A stretch of DNA of 64,000 bases from NCBI GenBank assembly GCA_021797815.1, contig JAJZYZ010000002.1:1256-65255 (forward strand), given 5' to 3'. A program made the translations under genes and the position numbers. The notes beneath the pieces are model-generated. The model searched no databases. It worked only from the letters and a program-made list of their open reading frames with translations, and was not told the DNA's origin. This document shows, piece after piece, positions 1-10,457 of the stretch. This DNA is from Bacillota bacterium. GTDB taxonomy: Bacteria; Bacillota; Sulfobacillia; Sulfobacillales; JAIMBI01. Position 1 is the first letter of the stretch, and each line of letters opens with the position of its first letter.

Positions 1-813
1 TCGCCGTCGGCGGTCAACTACGTAGCTCGGTACGGTGAAATCTGCGATGGCGCGGGCGTAAAAGGCGAGGGTGTCGTCGACCCTGGTGTCGGGCGACATG
101 ATGACCTCGTCGGCTGGCGGCCGCCAGGGACTCTCGATGCAGAGGTCGGCTCCCGGACGCCCGAGGAAATATCCCTGACCGTAGTCACATCCCATGTCGC
201 TCAAAATGGCGCATTCGCCTGCGGTTTCGATCCCCTCGGCCACGAGGAGAATGCCCATATCGTGGGTCCATGTGCGAATCGCCTGGAAGAGCGCCTGTTT
301 GCGGACATCCCCGTCCAGACCGTCGATCAGCGCGCGGTCGAGCTTGAGGATGTCTGGCTGTACGGCCAGGACAGTTGCGGCCCCCGCGTAGCCGGTGCCG
401 TAGTCGTCGATGACAAGAAGGTGGCCAGCTCGGCGCCAACGGGCGAGGGCTGCCAGCAATGCCGGCTGGCCCAACACCGGATGCTGTTCGGAAATCTCGA
501 TGGCCAGCGGCAGCGAGTTCGTGGTGGGATGTTCCCAGTCACCGGGCAATCTCGGCCAGCGGCCATCAAGATTTAGAAACACGCGCTGACCAGCGACCCA
601 ATTCCGACAGGCGGTGTCGAAGGCGTGTTGCTGGCACGCCTGCTCCAGTTCCTTTGCCCGACCGTTCGCGGCCGCCCAGCGGAAGAGCTCCTCGGGCTCC
701 GCGACGGGACTTCCGGCCGGGCCGCGAATCAACGCCTCGTGGCCGACAATGATTCCGTCGTGCAGGTTCACGATGGGCTGCCACGCAACCCACAACTCGG
801 GCAAGACCGGCAT
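1..813 (-). CDS. EAL-domain protein (putative c-di-GMP phosphodiesterase); C-terminal end runs off the window
   Basis: Not in ORF track because there is no stop inside the window. My translation from ATG 813-811 stays open to nt 1: MPVLPELWVAWQPIVNLHDGIIVGHEALIRG...LVIDDYGTGYAG...LLVAEGIETAGE...GCDYGQGYFLGRP. GGGAGAGG lies 5 nt upstream of the ATG. Confidence 0.85.
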   Translation of the reverse strand, partial: MPVLPELWVAWQPIVNLHDGIIVGHEALIRGPAGSPVAEPEELFRWAAANGRAKELEQACQQHAFDTACRNWVAGQRVFLNLDGRWPRLPGDWEHPTTNSLPLAIEISEQHPVLGQPALLAALARWRRAGHLLVIDDYGTGYAGAATVLAVQPDILKLDRALIDGLDGDVRKQALFQAIRTWTHDMGILLVAEGIETAGECAILSDMGCDYGQGYFLGRPGADLCIESPWRPPADEVIMSPDTRVDDTLAFYARAIADFTVPSYVVDRRRR

Positions 814-2049
814 CGGCACCTCTCCCTGATTCTTTATCGGTGGGCCTGTGTCGCAACTTGGAGGATGCACAATGCACTCCGGGTTCCCCGAATGGCTCGC
901 GGATCCCTCCTATTGGCGGCGGGCATTGTGCCGCGACCCCCGTGGGATGCGCGTCGGTGGTGCCCCTGCCTCGTGAACAGCCGCTGATCCCGTCCGCTCA
1001 CCGAGCAGGCCGCACCGTCGCTCTTGGTCCGTGACGCGACCAGCGGGTGACACACTGTCGGCGACACCCCGCGATCCGCCGGGACGAGGTCGTCCTGGCT
1101 TCGAACGCTTCCCCGAGGGCCGGCAATGGCCCGCTAGGCTCGCGCATATCGGCATCGCCCAGCGGCGCCATCTTGTCGTGCCAGCGAAGGGCTTCTAAAT
1201 GGCCAGAGCGCCGGGAACCATCTGGATTGCCCGCAGGCAAGACCCGACTCGAAGCGTAAGGCGAGGCATGTTTCGTGCGGGCGCAACCAAGGAACAAGCG
1301 CCCGGCGACCCGGTGATGCCAGGTCCACCCACAAAACTGAGCCCGGAAGCGCCGCTGGATCGGTTCTGCGTTCGGCTCGGGGCGACACGGCCTCGCCTCT
1401 CCCTCGGACAGCCGGCCCCTACACACCGAGCACGAGGCTGGGACGCCACGCGGGGCCGGGTGACAAACGATGCCTCCCAGTGGCAGAGGTTGCTGTCAAA
1501 AACGACGCGGCCATCGTCAGGAGGACCAGCGGGGACCGGATAACGGATTTAGACCTTTGCCCATGTTATCTGACCCCGGTATGTGGATTGCGAGTGCAGA
1601 GGGACTTGAGGCCCGGATGCCGGGGGCCGGCGCTACAAAGCTATGGGGCATGCCATGACAAGGAGCGCTGCAGTTGCGATTCGCCCACGCGCCGAACGCG
1701 GCGGCACCGGGTCTACCACCTCGGCCGCCAGTCTGCCGGCTACAGGGCGAGCGCAAGACCTCAGACTCCGGGTCGGGCCCTTCCCACAGATCCACGACGA
1801 AACAACGAGTACTTACCCTCGAGCAGAGGGTGTCTTAACTCTCTGTGTGGCGGGCGCGTCGGCTCCGGAGGCGGTCGATGCCGAAGGGCGTGCGTCGTGC
1901 CTGACCGCTTCGCCTGGAAATTTCCTGTGCGTGGGAGGGAGCCGCCACCTGAGAGCCAGCGGGAGAGACTTAGAATACGCACGTAAGGATACCGGAGTGT
2001 CAGAGCCGGTGTGGTTTTATCCGCTTCCGCTCGAGAAGGGAGCCTCAGC

Positions 2050-3549
2050 ATGAGTACGATGAATCCGGCGCAGTCATTCGAGCTGCCGGAGTCGGTCCGC
2101 GCTTTCCTGCACCAGAGGCACCAGTTGTTGGTAGATGGCCGGTGGATGCCGTCGGCCACCGAAGAAGAGTTCGATGTTGTCGACCCGGCCACCGGATCCG
2201 TGGTGGCGCGGGTGGCCAAGGGGGGCGCGGAGGACATCGACCGTGCGGTTGCGGCCGCACGGCGCGCCTTTGACAGTGGTCCCTGGAGCCACATGACGGG
2301 CCTTGATCGGGCGCGGCTGATGTGGCGCCTGGCAGACGCGTTGGAGGCGCGGATCGAAGACTATGCCATCGTGGAGTCGGTGGACAACGGCAAGCCGCTG
2401 GCGCTGGCCAAAGGGGACATGGCGGGGTCCATAGCCCACCTGCGTTACTACGCGGGGTGGGCCGGCAAGATAGGCGGGGAGACGATTCCGGCTCAGCGTC
2501 CCGGCAATTTCCACTCGTACACTGTGCGCGAACCCGTCGGGGTGGTGGGCGCCATTACCCCTTGGAACTATCCCCTCATGATGATCATGTGGAAGCTGGC
2601 CCCGGCACTCGCAGCCGGCTGTACGGTCGTGTTGAAGCCGCCGGAGCAGACACCGCTCAGCACCCTTTGGATGGGCGAGTGGATAGAGGCGGTCGGATTC
2701 CCACCCGGAGTGGTGAACATTGTGACCGGCTATGGGGACGCCGGAGCCGCCCTGGTCGAACATCCCTTGGTGGACAAGATTGCGTTCACCGGCTCCACGG
2801 ATACGGGCAAGTCCATTCTGAGGAGTGCGGCCGCGACGCTTAAGCGCGTCAGTCTGGAGCTCGGTGGCAAGTCTCCTACGGTCATCCTGCCCGACGCCGA
2901 TCTGAGCGCCGCGATTCCGGGGGCTTCCCGCAGCATCTTCTCCAACAGCGGGCAGGTTTGCGTGGCCGGATCGCGCCTTTTCGCGCACCGCAGCATTTTC
3001 GACCAAGTCGTGGACGGAATCGCGGACACGGCCCGGCAGCTGAAAGTGGGACCGGGTCTGTCGCCGGAGACCGAGATTGGCCCGCTGGTGTCTGACGAGC
3101 AGTTTGCCCGGGTCACCGGGTATTTGCGGGCGGGTGCCGAGGACGGCGCGGAAGTGGTGGCAGGCGGGAAGGCGATGGACCGGGCGGGCTACTTCGTGGA
3201 ACCCACCGTGCTGGCCAACACGCGTCGAGATATGACGGTGCGCCAGGAGGAGATATTCGGGCCGGTGTTGTGCGTCATGCGGTTTGAGGATGATGATCTG
3301 GCGAGCATCGCGGCGGAGGCGAACGATACCATCTACGGCTTGTCGGCATACATCTGGACGCAGAACCTCTCGGCCGCGCATAAGCTTGCGAAGCTCATCA
3401 AGGCGGGGACGGTCAATGTCAACGGTGGCGGCGCCGACGCCGCGGTGCCGTTCGGCGGCTACAAGCAGTCAGGATGGGGGCGCGAGCACGGACGCGAGGG
3501 AATCGAGATCTACACCGAGCTGAAATCCGTGTCCATCAACCTGGGGTGA
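2050..3549 (+). CDS. NAD(P)-dependent aldehyde dehydrogenase
   Basis: ORF 2011..3549. Motifs ELGGKSP, FSNSGQVCVAGSR (catalytic Cys) and EEIFGPV. Start moved to ATG 2050 (MSTMNPAQ), preceded by GAGAAGGGAG. Confidence 0.9.
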   Translation: MSTMNPAQSFELPESVRAFLHQRHQLLVDGRWMPSATEEEFDVVDPATGSVVARVAKGGAEDIDRAVAAARRAFDSGPWSHMTGLDRARLMWRLADALEARIEDYAIVESVDNGKPLALAKGDMAGSIAHLRYYAGWAGKIGGETIPAQRPGNFHSYTVREPVGVVGAITPWNYPLMMIMWKLAPALAAGCTVVLKPPEQTPLSTLWMGEWIEAVGFPPGVVNIVTGYGDAGAALVEHPLVDKIAFTGSTDTGKSILRSAAATLKRVSLELGGKSPTVILPDADLSAAIPGASRSIFSNSGQVCVAGSRLFAHRSIFDQVVDGIADTARQLKVGPGLSPETEIGPLVSDEQFARVTGYLRAGAEDGAEVVAGGKAMDRAGYFVEPTVLANTRRDMTVRQEEIFGPVLCVMRFEDDDLASIAAEANDTIYGLSAYIWTQNLSAAHKLAKLIKAGTVNVNGGGADAAVPFGGYKQSGWGREHGREGIEIYTELKSVSINLG

Positions 3550-3770
3550 CTCAAAAAGCAGAGACGGCGGCAGGGTGGTGTGACTGGCGCGAACAAAGCA
3601 CGGGTGAGCCACCTCATCTCGAGACGGCGGAGAGGGGCGGTCGGCACCTGATGATGTGGTCATCGCAGACTGGCTGAATTTCCGCCCGGGATTTCGGTCG
3701 GCCAGGAAGAAGGGGCCCCGGCGTGTCGCGGTGCCCCTCTTTGCTGACGATGTTCGCGGACGCTCAGGAG

Positions 3771-4841
3771 TTAGGGACTTGGCGGGCCAATTGGATACTG
3801 GACGTTTACAGTGGTCAACCTGACGATGCGGGTTCCCGTGTCTCCGATGTGAAACACACCATATGTGTCACCGATGACGTGGTTATCCACCACCAGCGTG
3901 CCCGTAATCGACCCTCCGGCAGCAGGCACGGCCACGATCTGCACGCCCGCGCTGGCCGGGCTCCCCGCGTTATTGTCCTCCAAGGTGTTGCCGACGATGT
4001 TGGTGTCCACGATGGAACCGGGCCCGGCCGTCGCGTGTATCGAGATGCCCGGCAGGAAGCCGCCGATGACGGTGTTGTCCAGCACGAGGCTGCCCTGGAC
4101 CGTGACGGCTCCGAACGCCCCGCCCGCTACGATGATGCCGCCCACTCCCGGCGTGTAGTCGCCTCCCATCGGGTCGAATCCCTGGACCGTATTGCCCGAG
4201 ATGACGTCGTTGTATACGCCGCCGCCGGGATTCTTGGCAGACAGCACGATGCTGCAGTCGTTCAAGTTGTCCTTGACCAGGTTGTGGCTGATCATGTTGT
4301 CGATGCTCGGGACAGCGCGAGTGGCGACGGCGACCGGAGCGTACACGATGTCGGGTCCGTCGTCATAGATGCCGATACCGCCGTGCGCGTTATCTTCCAC
4401 TACGTTGCCGGTCAGCACCACGTTGCGCGTCCCACCCAGAATGATGGCCTTTAGCTCCGAGAGTCCTTTCGCGGGGCTGACTGCGTTGCCTTTTACGATG
4501 TTGTCTTTGATCACCACGTTGGCGGTGTCCTGCACGAGTATGCCCTCGTCGTTCGCACCGTAAACGGTGGCACCCTCAATCGTGACGTTGGTAACTCCGG
4601 GCCCCACATAGATTCCCAGGTCAAATCCGGTGGCGTTGACGGTCCCGCTGATGTGCTCGCCAGAGTACGCGATGACCTTGGCTGTGAAGCCGTTGGGCAA
4701 CAGGGAAGGGGTGGCCGCCGCCGTTGCCGGCGCGGCCGCCAGGACCGCGCCCGCGAGGGCGAACACCGCGGCCACGCTGAGCACGCTCAATCTAGACCAT
4801 GTGCCCCACACATGGCGTTTGGCACGAAGTCGTCGTGACAT
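3771..4841 (-). CDS. Secreted right-handed parallel beta-helix repeat protein (NosD/CASH-like)
   Basis: ORF 3771..4910. Signal-like N-terminus MSRRLRAKRHVWGTWSRLSVLSVAAVFALAGAVLAAAPATA, then repeated G-x-N-V/I-x-I/V-x-x-N units. Start at ATG 4841 chosen for the signal peptide, but the SD is weak. Confidence 0.65.
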   Translation of the reverse strand: MSRRLRAKRHVWGTWSRLSVLSVAAVFALAGAVLAAAPATAAATPSLLPNGFTAKVIAYSGEHISGTVNATGFDLGIYVGPGVTNVTIEGATVYGANDEGILVQDTANVVIKDNIVKGNAVSPAKGLSELKAIILGGTRNVVLTGNVVEDNAHGGIGIYDDGPDIVYAPVAVATRAVPSIDNMISHNLVKDNLNDCSIVLSAKNPGGGVYNDVISGNTVQGFDPMGGDYTPGVGGIIVAGGAFGAVTVQGSLVLDNTVIGGFLPGISIHATAGPGSIVDTNIVGNTLEDNNAGSPASAGVQIVAVPAAGGSITGTLVVDNHVIGDTYGVFHIGDTGTRIVRLTTVNVQYPIGPPSP

Positions 4842-5629
4842 GATGCTGCACCGTGATCCTTTCTGCTCATAACACTGAGTCCACCATCGTATACACCGGT
4901 ACGTCTGCACGGGGTCTGATACGGAGCCATCGGCGGGGGATTACGCCTTCGGCATTTCTCCCGTACGCCGACCCGTCATCCGGTTCGGGCACGCGCCCCG
5001 AGGTCCGCCCGCATGCCACGGGCCAGGCACGACAGCCGGGGACGATATGAGCGAACCGATACTCGGCAGACATCCCCGACACCTTTGGCAGGCGTTCCGT
5101 GGGCGTTCCAAACCTACGGCGGTCTCTCTTTCATCGCCCTGACGGGCCGCACCCCGCGCCCACACGCGCCAGTTCCGCCGCCCGGACGACCGGCAGGGGA
5201 CGGCGCGTTTCACGACCCCGCCGGCCGACACCGGGTGCGGAGGCATCGGCGCCGACCAGCAGCTGGCGGAGGTCGGGGTACCGGTCCGGTTGGCGCCTGG
5301 TCGGGGCTTCGCCGCGGCGGAGCCCGACTGTGGCGTCGGGGGGCGACCAACGGACAAGATGTCAAAGGATTGTCGGCCACCGCTGCTGGTCGACGGCGGT
5401 TCATGTGCGTCTTCGTCTGATGGCCTCAGGGGCTGACTGTCGGAAGCTTGGGAGGCTCCGAGCAGCGGGCGGGATTGGTCGCCGTAGACTGTCGGCCTCG
5501 CCGCGGGCATTTGCTGAAGCGGCGCGAGCGATTTCCTCGCGTACCCGCCCGACATTCGTGGCGGCCTCGTCCACAATGAGCCGAGGTTCCCGTGTCTATC
5601 TGCGTCTGGAATTGTTCCGGGGAACTTGA

Positions 5630-6089
5630 CTGGCACCGGAGGGGACCCGTCTTGCGAGCCGGCGGAGCGGCCGTGGAGAGCCGCGCTCCCGCGCACCTGC
5701 GGCCCGACGATTTTCGGGATCTCGTGCGCCGTCTCGCCCCCCGCCGTCGGCGCGGGCGTCACCGAGCTCGGCGCTGGCCTCGCTCCCAGTAGGTATCTCG
5801 CAAGTCTTCTGGTCGCCCTGGCCGGTGAAGGCGTACGCGGTCTCCAACAGGCCAGCGGCGAGCTCATTGGCGATGCCGCGGAAGACGGTCAGCATGACGT
5901 GGCCGTCGGGAAGGGAACAGCCCTTCGGGAATGTCAACGCACGCCGTCGGTGCTGCAGCGTGCGTCCGCCCACACACCCGAGCCGGATTTCCGAGACCGT
6001 CAGCGAGGAAGGGTCGTGATAGGCGGCACGCGCGCCTGGCGGTTCCACTGCTTGAACTCCAGGCCGTCGCATGTGTGAAGGGCTTTCAT
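5630..6089 (-). pseudogene. Frameshift-disrupted gene remnant, family unknown
   Basis: No intact ORF. Minus-strand segment 5737..5940 (ALTFPKGCSLPDGHVMLTVFRGIANELAAGLLETAYAFTGQGDQK...) has 58/68 G/C at codon position 3. The coding-like signal then moves to another frame (35/40 GC3 for 5628..5747) at a C6 run, 5737..5742. A possible N-terminal piece, MKALHTCDGLEFKQWNRQARV, starts at ATG 6089. Confidence 0.3.
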
Positions 6090-6377
6090 TCGCGAGAGAC
6101 GCCAAATTCATGGCCGCCGGTCCGCACGCACGAGACGCGGGGCTACGGCCCCCCGATGAACGCCAGCAACATCGCTCTGCTCGAGCCTCCCAGGGCCGGC
6201 TCGACGAGAGTACCGGCGCGGCCGGCGACCCGAGATGTGGGCCAGCAATCGGGGTGTCTCTGTGCAGCGACCGGGGGCCGTCAGATGAACGGGACAAGTA
6301 TCCATCGCAGCGCACGCATCGCCACATTCAGGGGGTGGGCGGCTCGCCCACTCTCGGCAGGGAATGGGGACCAGGAG

Positions 6378-8015
6378 CTACGGAAGGTGAGCGGATCCCG
6401 GAGGCTCGACGGTCACGAGCGTGCCGTATTGCATATGCTGCCAGGCTATCGCCGCCTCAGCAATCGGCAATTCGACGCAGCCGAGGCTTTGGGGGAAGCC
6501 GTACTGGGCCCGCACGAAACCGTGCACCGCGTCTCCGCCCGAGAAGTAGTTGACCCAGGGGATGCCGGGATCGACGTAGGGAGTGCCGTTCGGATTGACC
6601 CCGCTCATCGTTTGAGAGGTATAGCGCAGGTAAACGGGGTATGTCCCGAGTGCGGTCGGTGTCGCCGGAATCCCGGTGTTGGTCAGTGAGGTGAGGACAA
6701 TGCGGCCACTCTGCCAGATGCTGAGCCGTTCGGGCAACGTCTCCGATACATACACCCAGCTGTAGGCGGTGGCTGCCGTCTCGTTCTTATCCGCCGCCAG
6801 GATGAGCGCCTTCCAGACCTGAGGTCCGATGAGGCCGTCTGCGGCCAGGCCGGCCTGTGCCTCAAAGGTCATGACCGCTCCCGTGGTCATGGGCGTGAGC
6901 TGACCCGGCGCCCACTGGGCCCGCAACAGCGTCGGCGTGTCCGCGTAGCGCCACTGAAAGGAGCCGGGGTTCGGGGAGTATGCCGCGGCCAGCTGTTCTG
7001 ACGGCGTGGAAGCGGCCGGGCCGCTCCACGAAAGGGGCAGGTATCCCAGCGAGGCCAGGAGTTCCTGGGCACGCAGCACGGTGCCTAGCGGCATGGCCGA
7101 CGACGACCGCAGGCTGCGCGCCAGGTACGAGCCGGACTGGGCCCGGATGCCCGCGGATCCTCCTTCAAGGCGCAGCGGGACGGCCTGCCCTGGATAGAGA
7201 ACCGTGCCGGCAGCGGGGGAAAAGGCCCAGCTGGTGGCGCTGGCGCGGGTCCAGGTGCCCGCCATGTTAGGACTCATCGTCACGGCTCCTTGGGGCAGGC
7301 GAGCGACGGGCATCGAAAACCGAAGGGTTAGGAGGGGCTGGCCCGCCCGCATCGTCCAGACTGCATCCGCCGTGAGATAGGCCGGGGTGGCCCACTGAAC
7401 CCGTTCCGGTGGCGCCCAGGCTTCCCACGTGCGGGCCCGGGTGCGAAGAACAAGGCTCGAATGCTCTCCGGGTCGCGCCCCGATGACCGGCGCGTAGAAA
7501 GAATGAGCCGTGCCGTCGAGCGTGGCCCAGGGGTGAGAGGAGGAGGTCCGGAGCCGTAGACCGGCCGATATGCCTGACAACGAAATGGCGGGATGGTGCC
7601 CGATCGTGACGAGAAGGTGCTGGCGGGCGAGGGTCGGCGCCTTTGGCGCCACCAGAACCAGGGAACTCACCGCATTCTGGCTCCACGGGTTCCAAAGCCA
7701 CGCGTGGGTTTCAATCTGGATCGTCACGCGCGTTCCGGCCGCAATCGGTCTTGAAGGCCAGATTTCGCCGCCCACGAGACGGGCCCCCATCCGGACCGAT
7801 CCCGCCTGCACGGTCATGGCGCCGGTCTGGTTGCCAAGGCCAGCTTGAAGGGATGCGAGGGCGGTTGGATTAGGGGACACAATCGCCTGGGCGCGGGCAA
7901 ACCAGCTTAGGACCGTGAGCGCGGCCAGGATGGCAGCCCCCAGAACTGCCGCTCGCACCACGCGTCCGTCCACACCTACACTGCGCAAGCTCGCCACGGC
8001 TGGCCGCAAGGTCAT
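6378..8015 (-). CDS. L,D-transpeptidase (YkuD domain) with peptidoglycan-binding domain
   Basis: ORF 545 aa. N-terminal membrane anchor, PG_binding_1-like GLAADGLIGPQVWKAL, and a C-terminal YkuD core ...HGFVRAQYGFPQSLGCVELP (His...Gly-Cys). Confidence 0.85.
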   Translation of the reverse strand: MTLRPAVASLRSVGVDGRVVRAAVLGAAILAALTVLSWFARAQAIVSPNPTALASLQAGLGNQTGAMTVQAGSVRMGARLVGGEIWPSRPIAAGTRVTIQIETHAWLWNPWSQNAVSSLVLVAPKAPTLARQHLLVTIGHHPAISLSGISAGLRLRTSSSHPWATLDGTAHSFYAPVIGARPGEHSSLVLRTRARTWEAWAPPERVQWATPAYLTADAVWTMRAGQPLLTLRFSMPVARLPQGAVTMSPNMAGTWTRASATSWAFSPAAGTVLYPGQAVPLRLEGGSAGIRAQSGSYLARSLRSSSAMPLGTVLRAQELLASLGYLPLSWSGPAASTPSEQLAAAYSPNPGSFQWRYADTPTLLRAQWAPGQLTPMTTGAVMTFEAQAGLAADGLIGPQVWKALILAADKNETAATAYSWVYVSETLPERLSIWQSGRIVLTSLTNTGIPATPTALGTYPVYLRYTSQTMSGVNPNGTPYVDPGIPWVNYFSGGDAVHGFVRAQYGFPQSLGCVELPIAEAAIAWQHMQYGTLVTVEPPGSAHLP

Positions 8016-8266
8016 GGGCAGTTCCCTTCTGGTCGTCGTCCGGAGCGCTATCTCAGTAGTGGAAACGTCTTTCGTGCAGTCCTGGTTTCAAAATATCACC
8101 AGTGGCAATGCTTGACGATGATATAAGCTCCACCACCGGGAGGCAGCAGGTTCGGTCCGTAATCTCTTAAGATCTATGTTAGGTATTTGGCGATCTCCTG
8201 GAATGGAGTGTCAGATATAATGGTCACGTCGCCGGGACGATGTCAGACACTAGGGAGTGAGATACG

Positions 8267-9676
8267 CTGAGCGCGAAGCAAGTCCTGGATCTTATCGAAC
8301 GCCATAAGATAGAAATGGTCGATCTGCGCATTGTTGACCTCTCGGGCCGCTGGCAGCATTTCAGCCTGCCCGCCACCGAGGTTGACGCGGACACCTTTGC
8401 CAATGGCATTCCGTTTGACGGCTCAAGCGTTAAAGGCTTTCGTACCATAGACCAGAGCGACATGCTGATGAGCCTCGATCCCCACAGCGCCGTTATCGAT
8501 CCGTTCGCATCGGTACCGACGCTGTCGGTGCTGGCCGATGTCCGCCTTCCTGATGGGAAGGAGTACGGCCGCGATCCCCGTACGGTCGCCCGGCGGGCTG
8601 AACGCTACCTGCAGGCGAGCGGCATTGCCGAGACGTCCTACTGGGGCCCGGAGCTGGAGTTCTTCCTCTTTGATACGGTCACCCATCATCTTTCGCCCAA
8701 CGCCGCGGGCTATCGGTTCGACAGTGAGGAGAGCGTGTGGGATCCATCTGAAGTGGCTGACCACGGTTACGTTATCCGCCCGAAGGATGGCTACGCGCTC
8801 CTGCCTCCCCACGATGCGACCATGGATGCGCGGACCGAGATCGTGCAGATGCTGCGACGCCAGGGCGTCAGGGTCGAGATGCACCACCACGAGGTCGGTG
8901 TGGCGCAGCAGGAAATTGACATCCGTTACAACACGCTCACGGCCCAGGCCGACACCGTCATGCTCTACAAGCACACGGTGCGAAACGGCGCCCGCCTGCA
9001 TGGCAAGACCGCCACCTTCATGCCGAAGCCGCTCTACGGTGACAACGGGAGCGGCATGCACGTGCATCAGTCGCTGTGGACAGGCGGAAAGCCGCTTTTC
9101 TTTGAGGCCGGCCGTTACGCCAACCTGTCGGACATCGCGCGCGCTTACCTGGCCGGCATTCTCATACACGCGCCCGCCCTGCTCGCCTTCACCAACCCGA
9201 CCACCAACAGCTACCGCCGGCTCGTTCCTGGCTACGAAGCACCGGTCAACATCGTGTTTTCGCGGGGCAACCGCTCGGCGGCCATCCGCATTCCGGTGAC
9301 GGAGAGTCCCGTCGCGACCCGGATCGAGTTTCGTACTCCCGACCCCACGTCGAACCCGTATCTGGCCTTTGCGGCCTGCCTCCTGGCGGGACTCGACGGG
9401 GTGCGGCGAAAACTTGATCCCACCGCGCTCGGATTCGGGCCGGTGGACAAGAACATCTACGAGCTGCCCGCCGAGGAGATGGCGGCCATCGCCAGCGTGC
9501 CGGGGTCGCTGGAGGAGGCGCTGTCGAGCCTGGAGCGCGACCATGAATTCCTGCTGGCTGGCGGCGTCTTCGAAGAGGATCTCATCAGCACCTGGGTGTC
9601 CATGAAGCGGGAGGAAGCCGACATGGTGCGCCTGCGGCCCCATCCGGCCGAGTTCACGCTGTATTACGACGCGTAG
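8267..9676 (+). CDS. glnA: Glutamine synthetase type I
   Basis: ORF track starts at ATG 8315. The in-frame upstream codons read (L/M)SAKQVLDLIERHKIE, continuous with MVDLRIVDL, and match the conserved GlnA N-terminus. CTG 8267 lies 9 nt after AGGGAG (8252..8257). There is no ATG/GTG/TTG in frame between the stop at 8258 and 8315. Stop is TAG 9674..9676. Confidence 0.9.
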   Translation: MSAKQVLDLIERHKIEMVDLRIVDLSGRWQHFSLPATEVDADTFANGIPFDGSSVKGFRTIDQSDMLMSLDPHSAVIDPFASVPTLSVLADVRLPDGKEYGRDPRTVARRAERYLQASGIAETSYWGPELEFFLFDTVTHHLSPNAAGYRFDSEESVWDPSEVADHGYVIRPKDGYALLPPHDATMDARTEIVQMLRRQGVRVEMHHHEVGVAQQEIDIRYNTLTAQADTVMLYKHTVRNGARLHGKTATFMPKPLYGDNGSGMHVHQSLWTGGKPLFFEAGRYANLSDIARAYLAGILIHAPALLAFTNPTTNSYRRLVPGYEAPVNIVFSRGNRSAAIRIPVTESPVATRIEFRTPDPTSNPYLAFAACLLAGLDGVRRKLDPTALGFGPVDKNIYELPAEEMAAIASVPGSLEEALSSLERDHEFLLAGGVFEEDLISTWVSMKREEADMVRLRPHPAEFTLYYDA

Positions 9677-9690
9677 ACGACCGGAAGCGG

Positions 9691-9722
9691 AAATGGGCGG
9701 GCGCGTGCCCGCCCATTTTGTT
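9691..9722. terminator. Bidirectional rho-independent terminator between convergent glnA and hydrolase genes
   Basis: AAATGGGCGGGC (9691..9702), loop GCGT, then GCCCGCCCATTT (9707..9718). A-run on the left, T-run TTTTGTT on the right. Confidence 0.75.
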
Positions 9723-9770
9723 CCGTCCGGCATGCAGCCGGCACTAGAACGGGGCCTGGTCCGACGGGAG

Positions 9771-10457
9771 TCAGTCTGCTCCCGGCTTGCACCCGAAACG
9801 TTTCAGGGCGCCGGCCAGGGCACGGTTGAAGGCGTCTGGCTGCTCCAGCATGACGAGATGGCCCGCGTCGGGGATCTCGTCGGTCGTGTGGTGAGGAAAC
9901 AGTGGGAAGAGTTCCCGTATGAGCGGCGGAGGAGTCATGCGGTCCTGCGCTCCCCAGATGATGGCGGTGGAATGGGGAAGGGGGGCCTCCCCGGTGAGGT
10001 CAAAGTGGCCGCAGGCGGCAAATTGCCGGTACGCCAGGGCAGGTTCGGCCGCCCGTGCCAGTTCCTCCGAGCGATCCACGAGGGGTCCGGGGGCGCCCTT
10101 CGCAAGCGACCACCGGGCCACCTGCTGAAGCGTGTCGGACGGGTGGTGAATGAGGCCGGCCAGCAACTCCGGGTTTACCGGAAGACGGGGACCCGTCCCC
10201 ACCAACACAAGGCCGGCCAGCCCCGTTTTGATGCGGGCGGCGCACAGCTCCGCCACGGCCCCGCCAAGTGAGTGGCCGATAATAATGGTTGGGGGCCGCA
10301 TCATGGCCAAGACGGCATCGGCGTATACGCGGAGAAGCGACACGGGGTCGGCATCGGTCTTCGGATAGGTGAAGTACAGAGCCCGTGGATAATGGCGGCG
10401 CTGCCGGGACCAGATCTCGGGACCCGACGCGGCGCCATGCAGGAAGATAAGCTGCAT
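9771..10457 (-). CDS. Alpha/beta-fold hydrolase
   Basis: ORF 9771..10502. Nucleophile elbow IIGHSLGG. Start moved to ATG 10457 (MQLIFLHGAASG), with GGAAGGAGG upstream. Confidence 0.8.
   Translation of the reverse strand: MQLIFLHGAASGPEIWSRQRRHYPRALYFTYPKTDADPVSLLRVYADAVLAMMRPPTIIIGHSLGGAVAELCAARIKTGLAGLVLVGTGPRLPVNPELLAGLIHHPSDTLQQVARWSLAKGAPGPLVDRSEELARAAEPALAYRQFAACGHFDLTGEAPLPHSTAIIWGAQDRMTPPPLIRELFPLFPHHTTDEIPDAGHLVMLEQPDAFNRALAGALKRFGCKPGAD

Noticed and set aside
4941-5867. 308-aa Pro/Arg/Ser-rich minus-strand ORF as a genuine disordered protein
   Set aside because: Only parts of it show high GC3, there is no SD or plausible start, and its best-biased part is more simply read as the continuation of a frameshifted gene (see the finding for 4842..6377).
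8113-8260. TnrA/GlnR-type operator and sigma-A promoter upstream of glnA (TGTCAGATATAATGGTCA; TATAAT at 8216..8221; second TGTCAGA at 8241)
   Set aside because: The TATAAT has no acceptable -35 at 16-18 nt. The candidate box does not fit TGTNA-N7-TNACA on either strand. It may still be regulatory, but I cannot support a specific call.
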